NCBI GenBank assembly: GCA_020201015.1
Contig: JAIVHN010000029.1
Span: forward strand, 1-32,049
Reading direction: 5' to 3'
From: Spirochaeta sp.
GTDB lineage: Bacteria; Spirochaetota; Spirochaetia; DSM-27196; SLAA01
DNA: 32,049 nt
A program made the position numbers and the translations under genes. A model generated the notes under the pieces. The model searched no databases. It saw nothing but the letters and a program-made list of their open reading frames with translations, and was not told the origin of the DNA. Position 1 is the stretch's first letter, and the number at the start of each line of letters is the position of its first letter. Shown here piece after piece: positions 1 to 7,692 of the stretch.

Positions 1-1
1 A

Positions 2-262
2 ACTTTCACCATCTCCAATGGTGGGGTGTTCGGGTCTATGCTCTCCACCCCAATTCCAAGTCCACCACAGAGCGCCGTGCTTGGTATGCATTCCATACAG
101 AAGCGGGCCGTCGTTGTCGACGACGAAATTGCTATACGGCCTATGATGTACCTTGCACTCACTTATGATCACCGCATTGTCGACGGGCGTGAAGCAATAG
201 GCTTTCTCAACACCATAAAGCATGCAGTCGAAGATCCGGCGCGACTTTTGCTTGGTTTGTAA
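2..262 (+). CDS. sucB: 2-oxoacid dehydrogenase E2 acyltransferase, most likely dihydrolipoyllysine succinyltransferase. C-terminal fragment; the 5' end lies outside the window.
   Basis: Frame 2 is open from the window edge: [30 protein letters not shown]...[31 protein letters not shown]. This carries the SNGGVFGS and DHRxxDG catalytic-domain motifs of the E2 family. The stop is TAA at 260-262, and lpdA follows directly. Confidence 0.85.
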   Translation, partial: TFTISNGGVFGSMLSTPIPSPPQSAVLGMHSIQKRAVVVDDEIAIRPMMYLALTYDHRIVDGREAIGFLNTIKHAVEDPARLLLGL

Positions 263-272
263 ATGACTGCGG

Positions 273-319
273 ACAGCGCACACCGGGCACGCCGGGCGAA
301 CAGCGAACACCGGGCGAAC
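273..319 (+). repeat. Interleaved direct repeats in the sucB-lpdA spacer
   Basis: ACAGCGcACACCGGGC (273-288) and ACAGCGaACACCGGGC (300-315) differ at 1 of 16 positions. CCGGGCGAAC also occurs twice, at 292-301 and 310-319. Confidence 0.85.
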
Positions 320-353
320 CGCAAGAGGATAGCGCACAGTAAGAGGACAAAGA

Positions 354-1841
354 ATGGCTGATAAAGAACACTATCAAATGGTGGTAATTGGTGCCGGGCC
401 AGCGGGTTATGTCGCCGCGCTACGCGGGGCTCGTTTAGGGCTGCGCACAGCACTCGTGGATAAACGTGGGGCGCTCGGAGGTACCTGTCTCAACATAGGG
501 TGTATCCCTTCCAAGGCTTTGTTGGAATCCAGTGAGCAGTATCACCGGGCGCTGCATGGCCTGGAAGCTCATGGCGTGAAGCTAAAAGGAGTAACGCTGG
601 ACCTCCCAACCATGATGAAGCGTAAAGACTCGGTGGTAGAGAAGCTTACCGGAGGGATAGCCATGCTTTGCAAGAAAGCAGGCATAGATGTGTATACCGG
701 AACTGCTCGACTCGTCGATTCTCACAGCGTAGAAATTACCGGTGGAGCCAGTGAAGCTGGTGAGGCGGGTGAAGCTGGTCAAGCTGGTCAAGCGCCTGAA
801 GCCGGTCAAGGTAAAGCTGCAGAATCTACAGCGATATCAACGTTGAAGGCCGATGCAATTGTGCTTGCAACCGGAAGTGTTCCGGTGGAACTCCCAAGCT
901 TACCCTTTGATGGCACGCATATTCTTAGCTCTACCGAGGCACTAACGCTTCAGGACGTGCCCAAACAGTTAACGGTTGTTGGTGCAGGCGCTATCGGCTT
1001 AGAGATGGCGAGTGTGTGGGCGCGCCTTGGCGCTGAAGTTACGGTTATTGAGCTACAATCCGGCATTCTCCCAGGATGGGATCCACGCGCGTGCAAGGTT
1101 CTCCAACAGGAAATGGAAAAGATGGGAGTAAGCTTTGTCTTAGGCGCTCAGGTCGAGGCGCGCAACCAGTCTAAGAAAGGCGTGTCATTGAACGTCAAGC
1201 TGAAAGATGGTAGCTCAGCAACGGTTGATTCCGAGAAGGTGCTGGTTGCGGTTGGTCGCAAACCCTACTCGGACGGTTTGGGGCTTGAGTCTCTTGGCGT
1301 TAAAGCCGAGAAAGGCCGGATCACTGTAGATGACAAGTTCCGTACGTCAATAGACGGAATGTACGCGGTTGGTGACTTGATACATGGGCCAATGTTAGCG
1401 CATAAGGCGGAGGACGACGGTTTTGCGGTTGCCGAAATTATTGCCGGTAAGCCCGGCTTAGTTGACTACGCCACCGTGCCAAATGTGGTTTACACCTGGC
1501 CGGAGCTTGCGATGGTGGGATCTACCGAGGCTCAGCTCAAAGAGGCGGGAATCAGTTTCGCCAAGGGGCAAGCCACCTTCGGGGCTAACGGACGTGCAAT
1601 GGCCATAGAGGAGAGCGCTGGCTTTGTTAAGGTGCTGGTGGATTCCGAGACCGACAAGCTTCTTGGAGCGCATATTGTAGGCCCTTGGGCGAGTGACCTA
1701 ATTGCCGAGATTGTTGTGGTCATGGAGTTTGGCGGCAGCGCGGAAGACTTGGCTCGCACCTGCCATGCGCACCCCACTCTGAGTGAGGTTGTGCGAGAGG
1801 CGGCGCTTGCGGCAGCAGGAATGCCGGTGCATAGCGTTTAG
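354..1841 (+). CDS. lpdA: dihydrolipoyl dehydrogenase (E3)
   Basis: 495-aa ORF with an AGAGGA purine run just upstream of the ATG. It has the GAGPAGY FAD motif, the redox-active disulfide motif GGTCLNIGCIPSK, a second dinucleotide motif VGAGAIGLE, and the C-terminal HAHPTLSE motif. It sits immediately after the E2 gene. Confidence 0.95.
   Translation: MADKEHYQMVVIGAGPAGYVAALRGARLGLRTALVDKRGALGGTCLNIGCIPSKALLESSEQYHRALHGLEAHGVKLKGVTLDLPTMMKRKDSVVEKLTGGIAMLCKKAGIDVYTGTARLVDSHSVEITGGASEAGEAGEAGQAGQAPEAGQGKAAESTAISTLKADAIVLATGSVPVELPSLPFDGTHILSSTEALTLQDVPKQLTVVGAGAIGLEMASVWARLGAEVTVIELQSGILPGWDPRACKVLQQEMEKMGVSFVLGAQVEARNQSKKGVSLNVKLKDGSSATVDSEKVLVAVGRKPYSDGLGLESLGVKAEKGRITVDDKFRTSIDGMYAVGDLIHGPMLAHKAEDDGFAVAEIIAGKPGLVDYATVPNVVYTWPELAMVGSTEAQLKEAGISFAKGQATFGANGRAMAIEESAGFVKVLVDSETDKLLGAHIVGPWASDLIAEIVVVMEFGGSAEDLARTCHAHPTLSEVVREAALAAAGMPVHSV
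753..812 (+). repeat. 9-bp periodic in-frame tandem repeat inside lpdA, encoding EAG EAG EAG QAG QAP EAG QG
   Basis: The sequence reads gaagctggt gaggcgggt gaagctggt caagctggt caagcgcct gaagccggt caaggt. It lies between VEITGG and the AIVLATGS strand of the FAD domain. Confidence 0.9.
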
Positions 1842-1990
1842 GTGTGGAAAACAGCCTGACACCGAGAGCCATAACGGTGACGGTGATAGAGTGTAGAGGC
1901 AGAGAGTTTATACAGCGTCGGTGCTGTGTATGGAGAGAGTAGCACGTCGATCTGCGGCGACAAAACGTATTGAAAAGGGGACAAGCAGCT

Positions 1991-3133
1991 ATGGCCAACA
2001 TCGAGTATGCAAAGGGGCTTGAAGGAGTTATCGCGGCCGAGAGTAAAATCTGTAAGATTGACGGTGAAAACGGGAAGCTCTACTACATAGGCTACGCAAT
2101 AGAAGATCTTGCGCATAACAGTAGCTTTGAAGAGACGACTTATCTTCTGCTGTACGGAAAGTTGCCGACTGCCGCCGAACTTGAGAGTTTTAGCGCTCGC
2201 ATGCGGGCTGGCCGTGATCTCTCGCCAGCGGTGCTTCATATGATCAAGGAGTTTCCAGCCGACAGCCACCCTATGGAGCTGCTGCAGGCTGTAATATCGT
2301 ACTTGAGTGGTTATGTAGAGCATAAAATTCAACACTCAGCCTACTGTAACTGCCGCGACACCTTGCACCAGATATCGCAGATTGCCAGTGTTGTGGCCGC
2401 GCTGCATCGCTTCCGCCAAGGACTTGAATATGTTCCGCCGCGGACCGATCTGTCTCACGGCGCCAACTTTCTCTACATGTTGCACGGTGAGGAGCCGGAT
2501 CCTGCGGATGGGCGTATTATGGATGCCTGTTTGGTGTTGCATGCTGAACACAGCTTCAATGCCTCAACATTTACGGCTCGCGTAGTTGCCTCTACTCTGT
2601 CGACCTGTTACAGCAGCATCTCGGCAGCAATTGGTGCGCTGTACGGAAGTCTCCACGGTGGTGCCAACGAGCGGGTTCTTTCCATGGTTGACGAGATTGG
2701 CAGCAAGGACAATGTTGAGCCATGGCTCGAGAAAGCCCTAGCGGAAAAACGCAAAATAATGGGCATGGGGCACCGTGTGTATCGGGCCAAGGATCCCCGC
2801 GCAATAATCATTGAGGAGTATCTGCAGGAGCTTGGTACGCGCAAAGGGAACACCCAGTACTATGAAATCCTCAAGGAACTGGAACGTGCCTTCCGCGAGC
2901 GGATGGAGGAAAAGGGCAAGCCGATTTATCCAAATGTCGATTTCTTCTCAGGCGCAGTCTACGCGCTGCTTGGCATTCCGTCGCATCTGTTTACTCCCGT
3001 ATTTGCTATGGGCCGAGCCCCAGGTTGGTTGGCGCATATTCTTGAACAGCGCAGCGACAACCGGATCTACCGCCCCAAGGCGCTGTACGTGGGTGAGCTT
3101 GGTAGGGCTTTTGTGGCAAGTTCCGACCGCTAA
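1991..3133 (+). CDS. gltA: citrate synthase (short, about 380-aa type)
   Basis: The ORF-track start at 1970 is TTG. The ATG at 1991, preceded by AAGGGGA, gives MANIEYAKGLEGV. Citrate-synthase motifs are present: GSLHGGANERV, MGMGHRVYRAKDPR and NVDFFSG. Confidence 0.9.
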   Translation: MANIEYAKGLEGVIAAESKICKIDGENGKLYYIGYAIEDLAHNSSFEETTYLLLYGKLPTAAELESFSARMRAGRDLSPAVLHMIKEFPADSHPMELLQAVISYLSGYVEHKIQHSAYCNCRDTLHQISQIASVVAALHRFRQGLEYVPPRTDLSHGANFLYMLHGEEPDPADGRIMDACLVLHAEHSFNASTFTARVVASTLSTCYSSISAAIGALYGSLHGGANERVLSMVDEIGSKDNVEPWLEKALAEKRKIMGMGHRVYRAKDPRAIIIEEYLQELGTRKGNTQYYEILKELERAFRERMEEKGKPIYPNVDFFSGAVYALLGIPSHLFTPVFAMGRAPGWLAHILEQRSDNRIYRPKALYVGELGRAFVASSDR

Positions 3134-3170
3134 GTTCGCTGAGCGCGCTGAGCGAACTTAGCGCGCTCAG
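3131..3170. terminator. Candidate bidirectional hairpin between convergent citrate synthase and mdh
   Basis: taagttcgct (3131-3140) pairs with agcgaactta (3151-3160). Alternatively ctgagcgcgc pairs with gcgcgctcag (3161-3170). The loop is GC-rich and palindromic, and there is no clear U-tract. Confidence 0.4.
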
Positions 3171-3175
3171 GACTC

Positions 3176-4108
3176 TCAGCTCCAGACTGAGTTGAGTTCC
3201 TCTACGCCTTTCTGAACCGCGGCCACCGAGCCATCGAGCGCCGCCTTCTCCTCAAACGTGAGACTTAGTTCAATAATGCGTTCAATTCCCTCGGCACCAA
3301 GCACCACCGGGACTCCCAGAAAGACGTTTGAGTAGCCGTACTGGCCGTCAAGGAAGGCGCTGGCTGCAATGAGCCTTTTTTGGTCAAGAAGTATGGCCTC
3401 AACCATCTGCGCAACCGAGGCCCCCGGTGCATAAAAGGCGCTGCCCTGCTTGAGGTAACTCACTATCTCGCCGCCTCCTTTTCGGGTGCGGTCTACCAGT
3501 CGTTCGATAGTTTCGGCGTCCATGAGTTCAGCAAGGCCAAAACCGCCGACAGAAGTGTAGCGCGGCAGTGGCACCATGGTGTCACCGTGACCGCCTAGTA
3601 CCATTCCGGAGACGTTTTCCGGTAAGACATTCAACTCCTCGGCAATGAAGTACCGGAACCGGGTTGAGTCGAGGACTCCGGCCATGCCGATTACGCGGCG
3701 AGGGTCAAAGCCGGTGCCGCGCAACAGGGCCATAGCAATGACATCTAAGGGGTTGGCTACCGCTATAACTACCGAGTCCGGTGCGTAGGTGCGAATGGCC
3801 TCGGCTGCATCCTTGGCAATGCCTACATTGGTCTTAAGCAGGTCCATCCGGTCCATGCCGGGTTTTCGCGGAATACCAGCTGTATGCACTACCACGTCTG
3901 AGTCTTTAATGTCTGCGTAACTATTTGTTCCTGTAATTGTACAACGGAAGCCCTCTATTGGCCCCGCATGTTGAAAATCCAGCGCCTTGCTCTGTGGCAT
4001 GCCCTCTACGACATCGACCATAACTACATCTGCAATACCTGATTTTGCCAGATAGTACGCAGTAGTTGCGCCAACATTTCCGGCCCCAATGATTGAAATT
4101 TTTCGCAT
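3176..4108 (-). CDS. mdh: malate dehydrogenase (LDH-like MDH family)
   Basis: The ATG has an AGGAGG RBS upstream. The N-terminus is MRKISIIGAGNVGATTAY (Rossmann fold). The loop GIPRKPGMDRMDLL carries Arg at the MDH-specificity position. LDSTRFR and the GGHGDTMVPL catalytic His are present. Confidence 0.9.
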   Translation of the reverse strand: MRKISIIGAGNVGATTAYYLAKSGIADVVMVDVVEGMPQSKALDFQHAGPIEGFRCTITGTNSYADIKDSDVVVHTAGIPRKPGMDRMDLLKTNVGIAKDAAEAIRTYAPDSVVIAVANPLDVIAMALLRGTGFDPRRVIGMAGVLDSTRFRYFIAEELNVLPENVSGMVLGGHGDTMVPLPRYTSVGGFGLAELMDAETIERLVDRTRKGGGEIVSYLKQGSAFYAPGASVAQMVEAILLDQKRLIAASAFLDGQYGYSNVFLGVPVVLGAEGIERIIELSLTFEEKAALDGSVAAVQKGVEELNSVWS

Positions 4109-4131
4109 GTGTGGTTCCTCCTGATGCCGAA

Positions 4132-5040
4132 TTAGCTTGCGAGGGTGGCTGCAACACCCTGGGCACCGGCCTGTAGCAGCGCCTTCTCTTGTTCGTCGAG
4201 CTCCGGACTAAGCATTCTGACAACTCCTTGCGCGCCAATTATGGCTGGCAAACTGACCGCCGTATCCTTGAGTCCATAATGGCCGTTCAGCAGGGTTGAT
4301 ACCGGCAGTATCCGGCGTTGATCTCGTACCACCGCTTCGGCAAGCTCGGCCAAGGCATCGGCTGGCCCATAAAACGCACTGGAGCGCTGTGAGAGACCTA
4401 TGATTCGGTCCCCCGCCATCCGAAGTTGGGCTACAAGTTCTTCCCAGCGTTCAAGGCCAACCAACACATCAATTGGAACTCCAGCAACTCGTGTGTAGCG
4501 CCTTAGGGGAACCATGTGTTCGTCATGGCTACCAATTACAGCGGCGTTAATGTCCTCCGACAGCAGCCCGGTCTCCTCCGAAATGAGATATCGCAATCTA
4601 CTACGATCTAATCCGGTCCCGATTCCAATGACTCTTTCGGGAGGAAGTCCCGACTTTTGGGTAAAGAGTGCCGTGAGAGCGTCAACAGGTTCGGTTGCTA
4701 TAATCACAACCGCTTTGCTTCCTGAAAGCAGCTCGGCGTACTCTATAGCGATCTCTTTATTACGTGCAAACAAATCACTGCGTTGCTCTCCCGGGCGACG
4801 CACCTCACCGGCTGCAATAATGACAACTTTGCAGGCCTTTAGATCGTTTGGATCGTCTGTGCCTTGAATACTAACCCGATACCGGCGTACCGGTGCTGCT
4901 TCCATAAGATCCAGCGATTTCCCGGTGGAAAGTCCTTCACGATTATCGTACATAAGGACGTCGGCAACCGAGCGTTCCCCCAAAAAGAAGGCTGTGTTGG
5001 CTCCCAGGTTACCGCCGCCTACAATTCCAATGTGCGCCAT
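4132..5040 (-). CDS. Ldh/Mdh-family 2-hydroxyacid dehydrogenase paralogue, substrate unknown
   Basis: The ORF-track start at 5223 reads through intergenic repeat DNA (PRICPRICPGMCPG). The ATG at 5040, with GGAG about 10 nt upstream, gives MAHIGIVGGGNLGANTAFFL. The family loop is GEVRRPGEQRSDLF, and LDRSRLRY and GSHDEHMVPL are retained. Its stop lies 24 nt upstream of the mdh start. Confidence 0.75.
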   Translation of the reverse strand: MAHIGIVGGGNLGANTAFFLGERSVADVLMYDNREGLSTGKSLDLMEAAPVRRYRVSIQGTDDPNDLKACKVVIIAAGEVRRPGEQRSDLFARNKEIAIEYAELLSGSKAVVIIATEPVDALTALFTQKSGLPPERVIGIGTGLDRSRLRYLISEETGLLSEDINAAVIGSHDEHMVPLRRYTRVAGVPIDVLVGLERWEELVAQLRMAGDRIIGLSQRSSAFYGPADALAELAEAVVRDQRRILPVSTLLNGHYGLKDTAVSLPAIIGAQGVVRMLSPELDEQEKALLQAGAQGVAATLAS

Positions 5041-5178
5041 ATACTCTGCTCCTCTGCTTCCGTTACATTGCGGATTTACGTGGCAGTATAACGCCCAACC
5101 TATGGTCGTGTCACCTTTGAGTCGGGTATAGTTGTTTTTGGCGGCTGTAGTTTTTATTTTCTCAGCACACAAAGTAAC

Positions 5179-5225
5179 TCCGGGGCACATTCCGGGACAT
5201 ATCCTGGGACAGATCCGGGGCACAC
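5179..5225 (+). promoter_or_regulatory. Four tandem 11-12 bp direct repeats (consensus tCCGGGGCACA) immediately upstream of the fumC RBS; candidate operator
   Basis: The four units are tCCGGGGCACAt, tCCGGGACATa, tCCTGGGACAGa and tCCGGGGCACAc. They run head to tail and end 1 nt before AGGAG (5226-5230) and the ATG at 5239. Confidence 0.6.
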
Positions 5226-5238
5226 AGGAGCAGAATAT

Positions 5239-6636
5239 ATGGCGCAGAGCGAAGTTTATCGTACCGAGTCCGACTCAATGGGAGAGGTCGATATAGCACC
5301 GGGTAAATACTGGGGAGCGCAAACCCAACGAGCGGTAAAGAACTTTGGAATATCACCTTTGCGTATCCCTCAGCAACTTATTCGTGCATTAGCGACCATT
5401 AAGCGTAATGCCGCCCGCGCTAACTGCGAGCTTGGCGTTGTGGATAAGAAACGTGCCGACGCTATTGTTCAAGCGGCAGATGAAATGAGCGCCGGTCATT
5501 GGGACGAACACTTTCCCATTGATGTATTCCAGACCGGCTCCGGTACATCCTGGAACATGAACACCAATGAAGTGCTGGCGAACCGGGCCAACGAGATCCT
5601 TGGAAAGCCGCTGGGCACACGTGATCCGGTACATCCAAACGACCATGTTAACCGTGGTCAGTCCTCCAACGACGTCATACCTACCGCAGTTCACATAGCG
5701 AACCGTGTCGGACTTGAGGACACGGTAGCCGCGGTTCATGAACTGGCACTCAGTTTTGAAAACAAGGCTCAGGAATTCCAGGAAGTCGTGAAATTAGGGC
5801 GCACACATCTGCAAGATGCTGTACCTATGACCTTGGGGCAGGAGTTCTCTGGATACGCGACGCAGCTACGAAAGGGGGCACGGCGACTTACCGCATGTAG
5901 TGTCTCGCTCGAAGAGTTGGCACTTGGGGGCACCGCGGTGGGTACAGGTATTAACTGCGCGCCTGGGTTTGCCGACGCTGCTATAGCTGGCATAGCGGCA
6001 GACACCGGCTTTCCATTTAAAGCTGCCGACAATCGCTTTGAGGCCATTGCAGCGCGTGATGCTCAAGTGGAACTGATGGGAGCCGTGAACGTGGTGGCGG
6101 TGAGCCTCATGAAGATCGGCAATGATCTGCGCCTGCTTGCAGGCGGCCCGCGCGCAGGCCTTGGAGAGATTGAGCTACCATCGCTGCAGCCGGGAAGTTC
6201 AATCATGCCGGGGAAGGTAAATCCGGTTATCCCGGAGATGATAATCCAAGTTGCTGCTCAACTTGCGGGTAAAGCATCCGCGGTGAGCATTGCAGGCTCC
6301 CATGGCCCGCTTGAGTTGAACATGATGCACCCACTCATTGCGTACGAAACGCAGTCGTCTTTGGAGTTGCTTGCGGCTTGCTGTCGAGCGTCGGCAGAGC
6401 GGTGTGTCGACGGCATAAAGGCGGATGTCGGGCGTTGTGAATACTGGATTGAATGGAGTCTTGCATTGGTGACCCCGCTTGCTAATGAGATCGGGTATGA
6501 TCGGGCATCTCAACTGGCCTACAAGGCGTATAAAGAGCGGAGGACAATTCGTGAAGTTGCGTCGGAGGAAGGGGTGCTTCCCGAAGAGCGCTTAGCCGAA
6601 CTGCTGAATCCGCGGTCGATGTTGGGCTCAGGGTGA
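5239..6636 (+). CDS. fumC: fumarate hydratase, class II
   Basis: 465 aa with an AGGAG RBS. It carries the GSSIMPGKVNPV signature of the fumarase/aspartase superfamily, plus TGSGTSWNMNTNEV and HLQDAVPMTLGQE. Confidence 0.95.
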   Translation: MAQSEVYRTESDSMGEVDIAPGKYWGAQTQRAVKNFGISPLRIPQQLIRALATIKRNAARANCELGVVDKKRADAIVQAADEMSAGHWDEHFPIDVFQTGSGTSWNMNTNEVLANRANEILGKPLGTRDPVHPNDHVNRGQSSNDVIPTAVHIANRVGLEDTVAAVHELALSFENKAQEFQEVVKLGRTHLQDAVPMTLGQEFSGYATQLRKGARRLTACSVSLEELALGGTAVGTGINCAPGFADAAIAGIAADTGFPFKAADNRFEAIAARDAQVELMGAVNVVAVSLMKIGNDLRLLAGGPRAGLGEIELPSLQPGSSIMPGKVNPVIPEMIIQVAAQLAGKASAVSIAGSHGPLELNMMHPLIAYETQSSLELLAACCRASAERCVDGIKADVGRCEYWIEWSLALVTPLANEIGYDRASQLAYKAYKERRTIREVASEEGVLPEERLAELLNPRSMLGSG

Positions 6637-6784
6637 GCAACTGGGTTGGGTGTGAGCTACTGGGCGCAGAGTCAACAACAATGAGCTCAGATGTAGCGCC
6701 TTGTGCCTTGCCAATCAAAGTCATGCGTATTACACTCAAGCAATCTTGCTTGTAACTAAATGCAACTATACCGAGGAGTGACCC

Positions 6785-7465
6785 ATGGCGTGGAATAATG
6801 ACGATCCACAGTATGCTGAAGCAATGTCTTTTTATCTTGCTGGCGACTGGAGCAAAGCAAACACGGCTTTTTCGGAGCTTGCTAAGCACAATCCTAATGA
6901 TGGATTTGTTCAATTACTGCGAGGAAATATTCTTTACTCGCTCGGCAACTTAGACGACTCAGTCGAAGCATATGAACGTGCGGTGGAAATTAACCCGAAG
7001 CTCGGGATAGCATATTACAAACTTGGTGTATGTTACTACCGAATGGGCAAGCTCGAGCGAGCACTAAAAGCCTTTTCTACCGTTTCTGAGATTGGTAGTG
7101 AAAGTCATGCTATGGCCAGCTATTTTGTCGGGCTCATTAACCTCTTTCTTGGTCGTGATGGGGCAGCAGACAGTGCATTTACTGCCTTCCGGAAGCAGTC
7201 CCCCGAGTCCTACATTGCGAATTTTTACCTTGCTCAGCTGAAAATGAAGCAGAAAGCCTATGACCAGGCTTTGCCTCTACTGGAGGAGCTGGTAGAAGGT
7301 AATCAGAGCTTTGCCGAAGTGCACTACATGCTTGGGGTTGTGCAGTACGGACTTCATAACAACACCGAGGCAATTAAGTGTTTCCAGAAAGCGGTTGAAC
7401 TCAATCCTGAGGACGAGCGTTCGAAAACCAAGCTAACATTGCTGACCGATGTTCAGTGGCCGTAG
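6785..7465 (+). CDS. tetratricopeptide (TPR) repeat protein
   Basis: GAGGAG RBS upstream. Repeated 34-residue helical units follow the A/Y/L TPR pattern, for example AYERAVEINPKLGIAYYKLGVCYYRMGKLERALKAF and AIKCFQKAVELNPED. Confidence 0.8.
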   Translation: MAWNNDDPQYAEAMSFYLAGDWSKANTAFSELAKHNPNDGFVQLLRGNILYSLGNLDDSVEAYERAVEINPKLGIAYYKLGVCYYRMGKLERALKAFSTVSEIGSESHAMASYFVGLINLFLGRDGAADSAFTAFRKQSPESYIANFYLAQLKMKQKAYDQALPLLEELVEGNQSFAEVHYMLGVVQYGLHNNTEAIKCFQKAVELNPEDERSKTKLTLLTDVQWP

Positions 7466-7502
7466 CGAATATTAGCAACTATACTTTCGAAGAGGAGTTT
7501 GC

Positions 7503-7664
7503 ATGAAGAAGTATGTCTGTGACGTATGTGGTTATATTTATGATCCGGCCGAGGGTGACCCCGACGGCAACATTGCTGCGGGTACATCGTTCGACGATCT
7601 ACCCGAAGACTGGGTGTGTCCGGTATGTGGTGCGCCCAAGGATGAGTTTTCTTTAGAAGACTAA
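7503..7664 (+). CDS. rubredoxin (53 aa, below the ORF-track size cutoff)
   Basis: My own translation is [53 protein letters not shown]. It has the two CxxCG iron-binding knuckles and the conserved YxYDP and DxPxDWxCP context. GAGGAG lies 6 nt upstream. Confidence 0.9.
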   Translation: MKKYVCDVCGYIYDPAEGDPDGNIAAGTSFDDLPEDWVCPVCGAPKDEFSLED

Positions 7665-7692
7665 GTACATAGCGAACGCTAAAGAATAGGCA

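Noticed and set aside
753-812. Possibility that the short tandem repeats here, or at 5179-5225, are CRISPR arrays
   Set aside because: The units are 9-12 bp and contiguous, with no unique spacers and no cas genes nearby. They are simple tandem repeats.
1842-1990. Possible riboswitch or small ORF in the 149-nt citrate synthase leader, and a 24-codon ORF at 6681 in the fumC-TPR spacer
   Set aside because: I saw no recognisable conserved riboswitch core, no RBS for the mini-ORFs, and no supporting structure.
5041-5223. N-terminal 61 residues of ORF 4132..5223 (MPRICPRICPGMCPG...)
   Set aside because: This is a translation of the intergenic direct-repeat array. The Rossmann-fold N-terminus MAHIGIVGGG with a GGAG RBS starts at 5040, so the extension is not coding.
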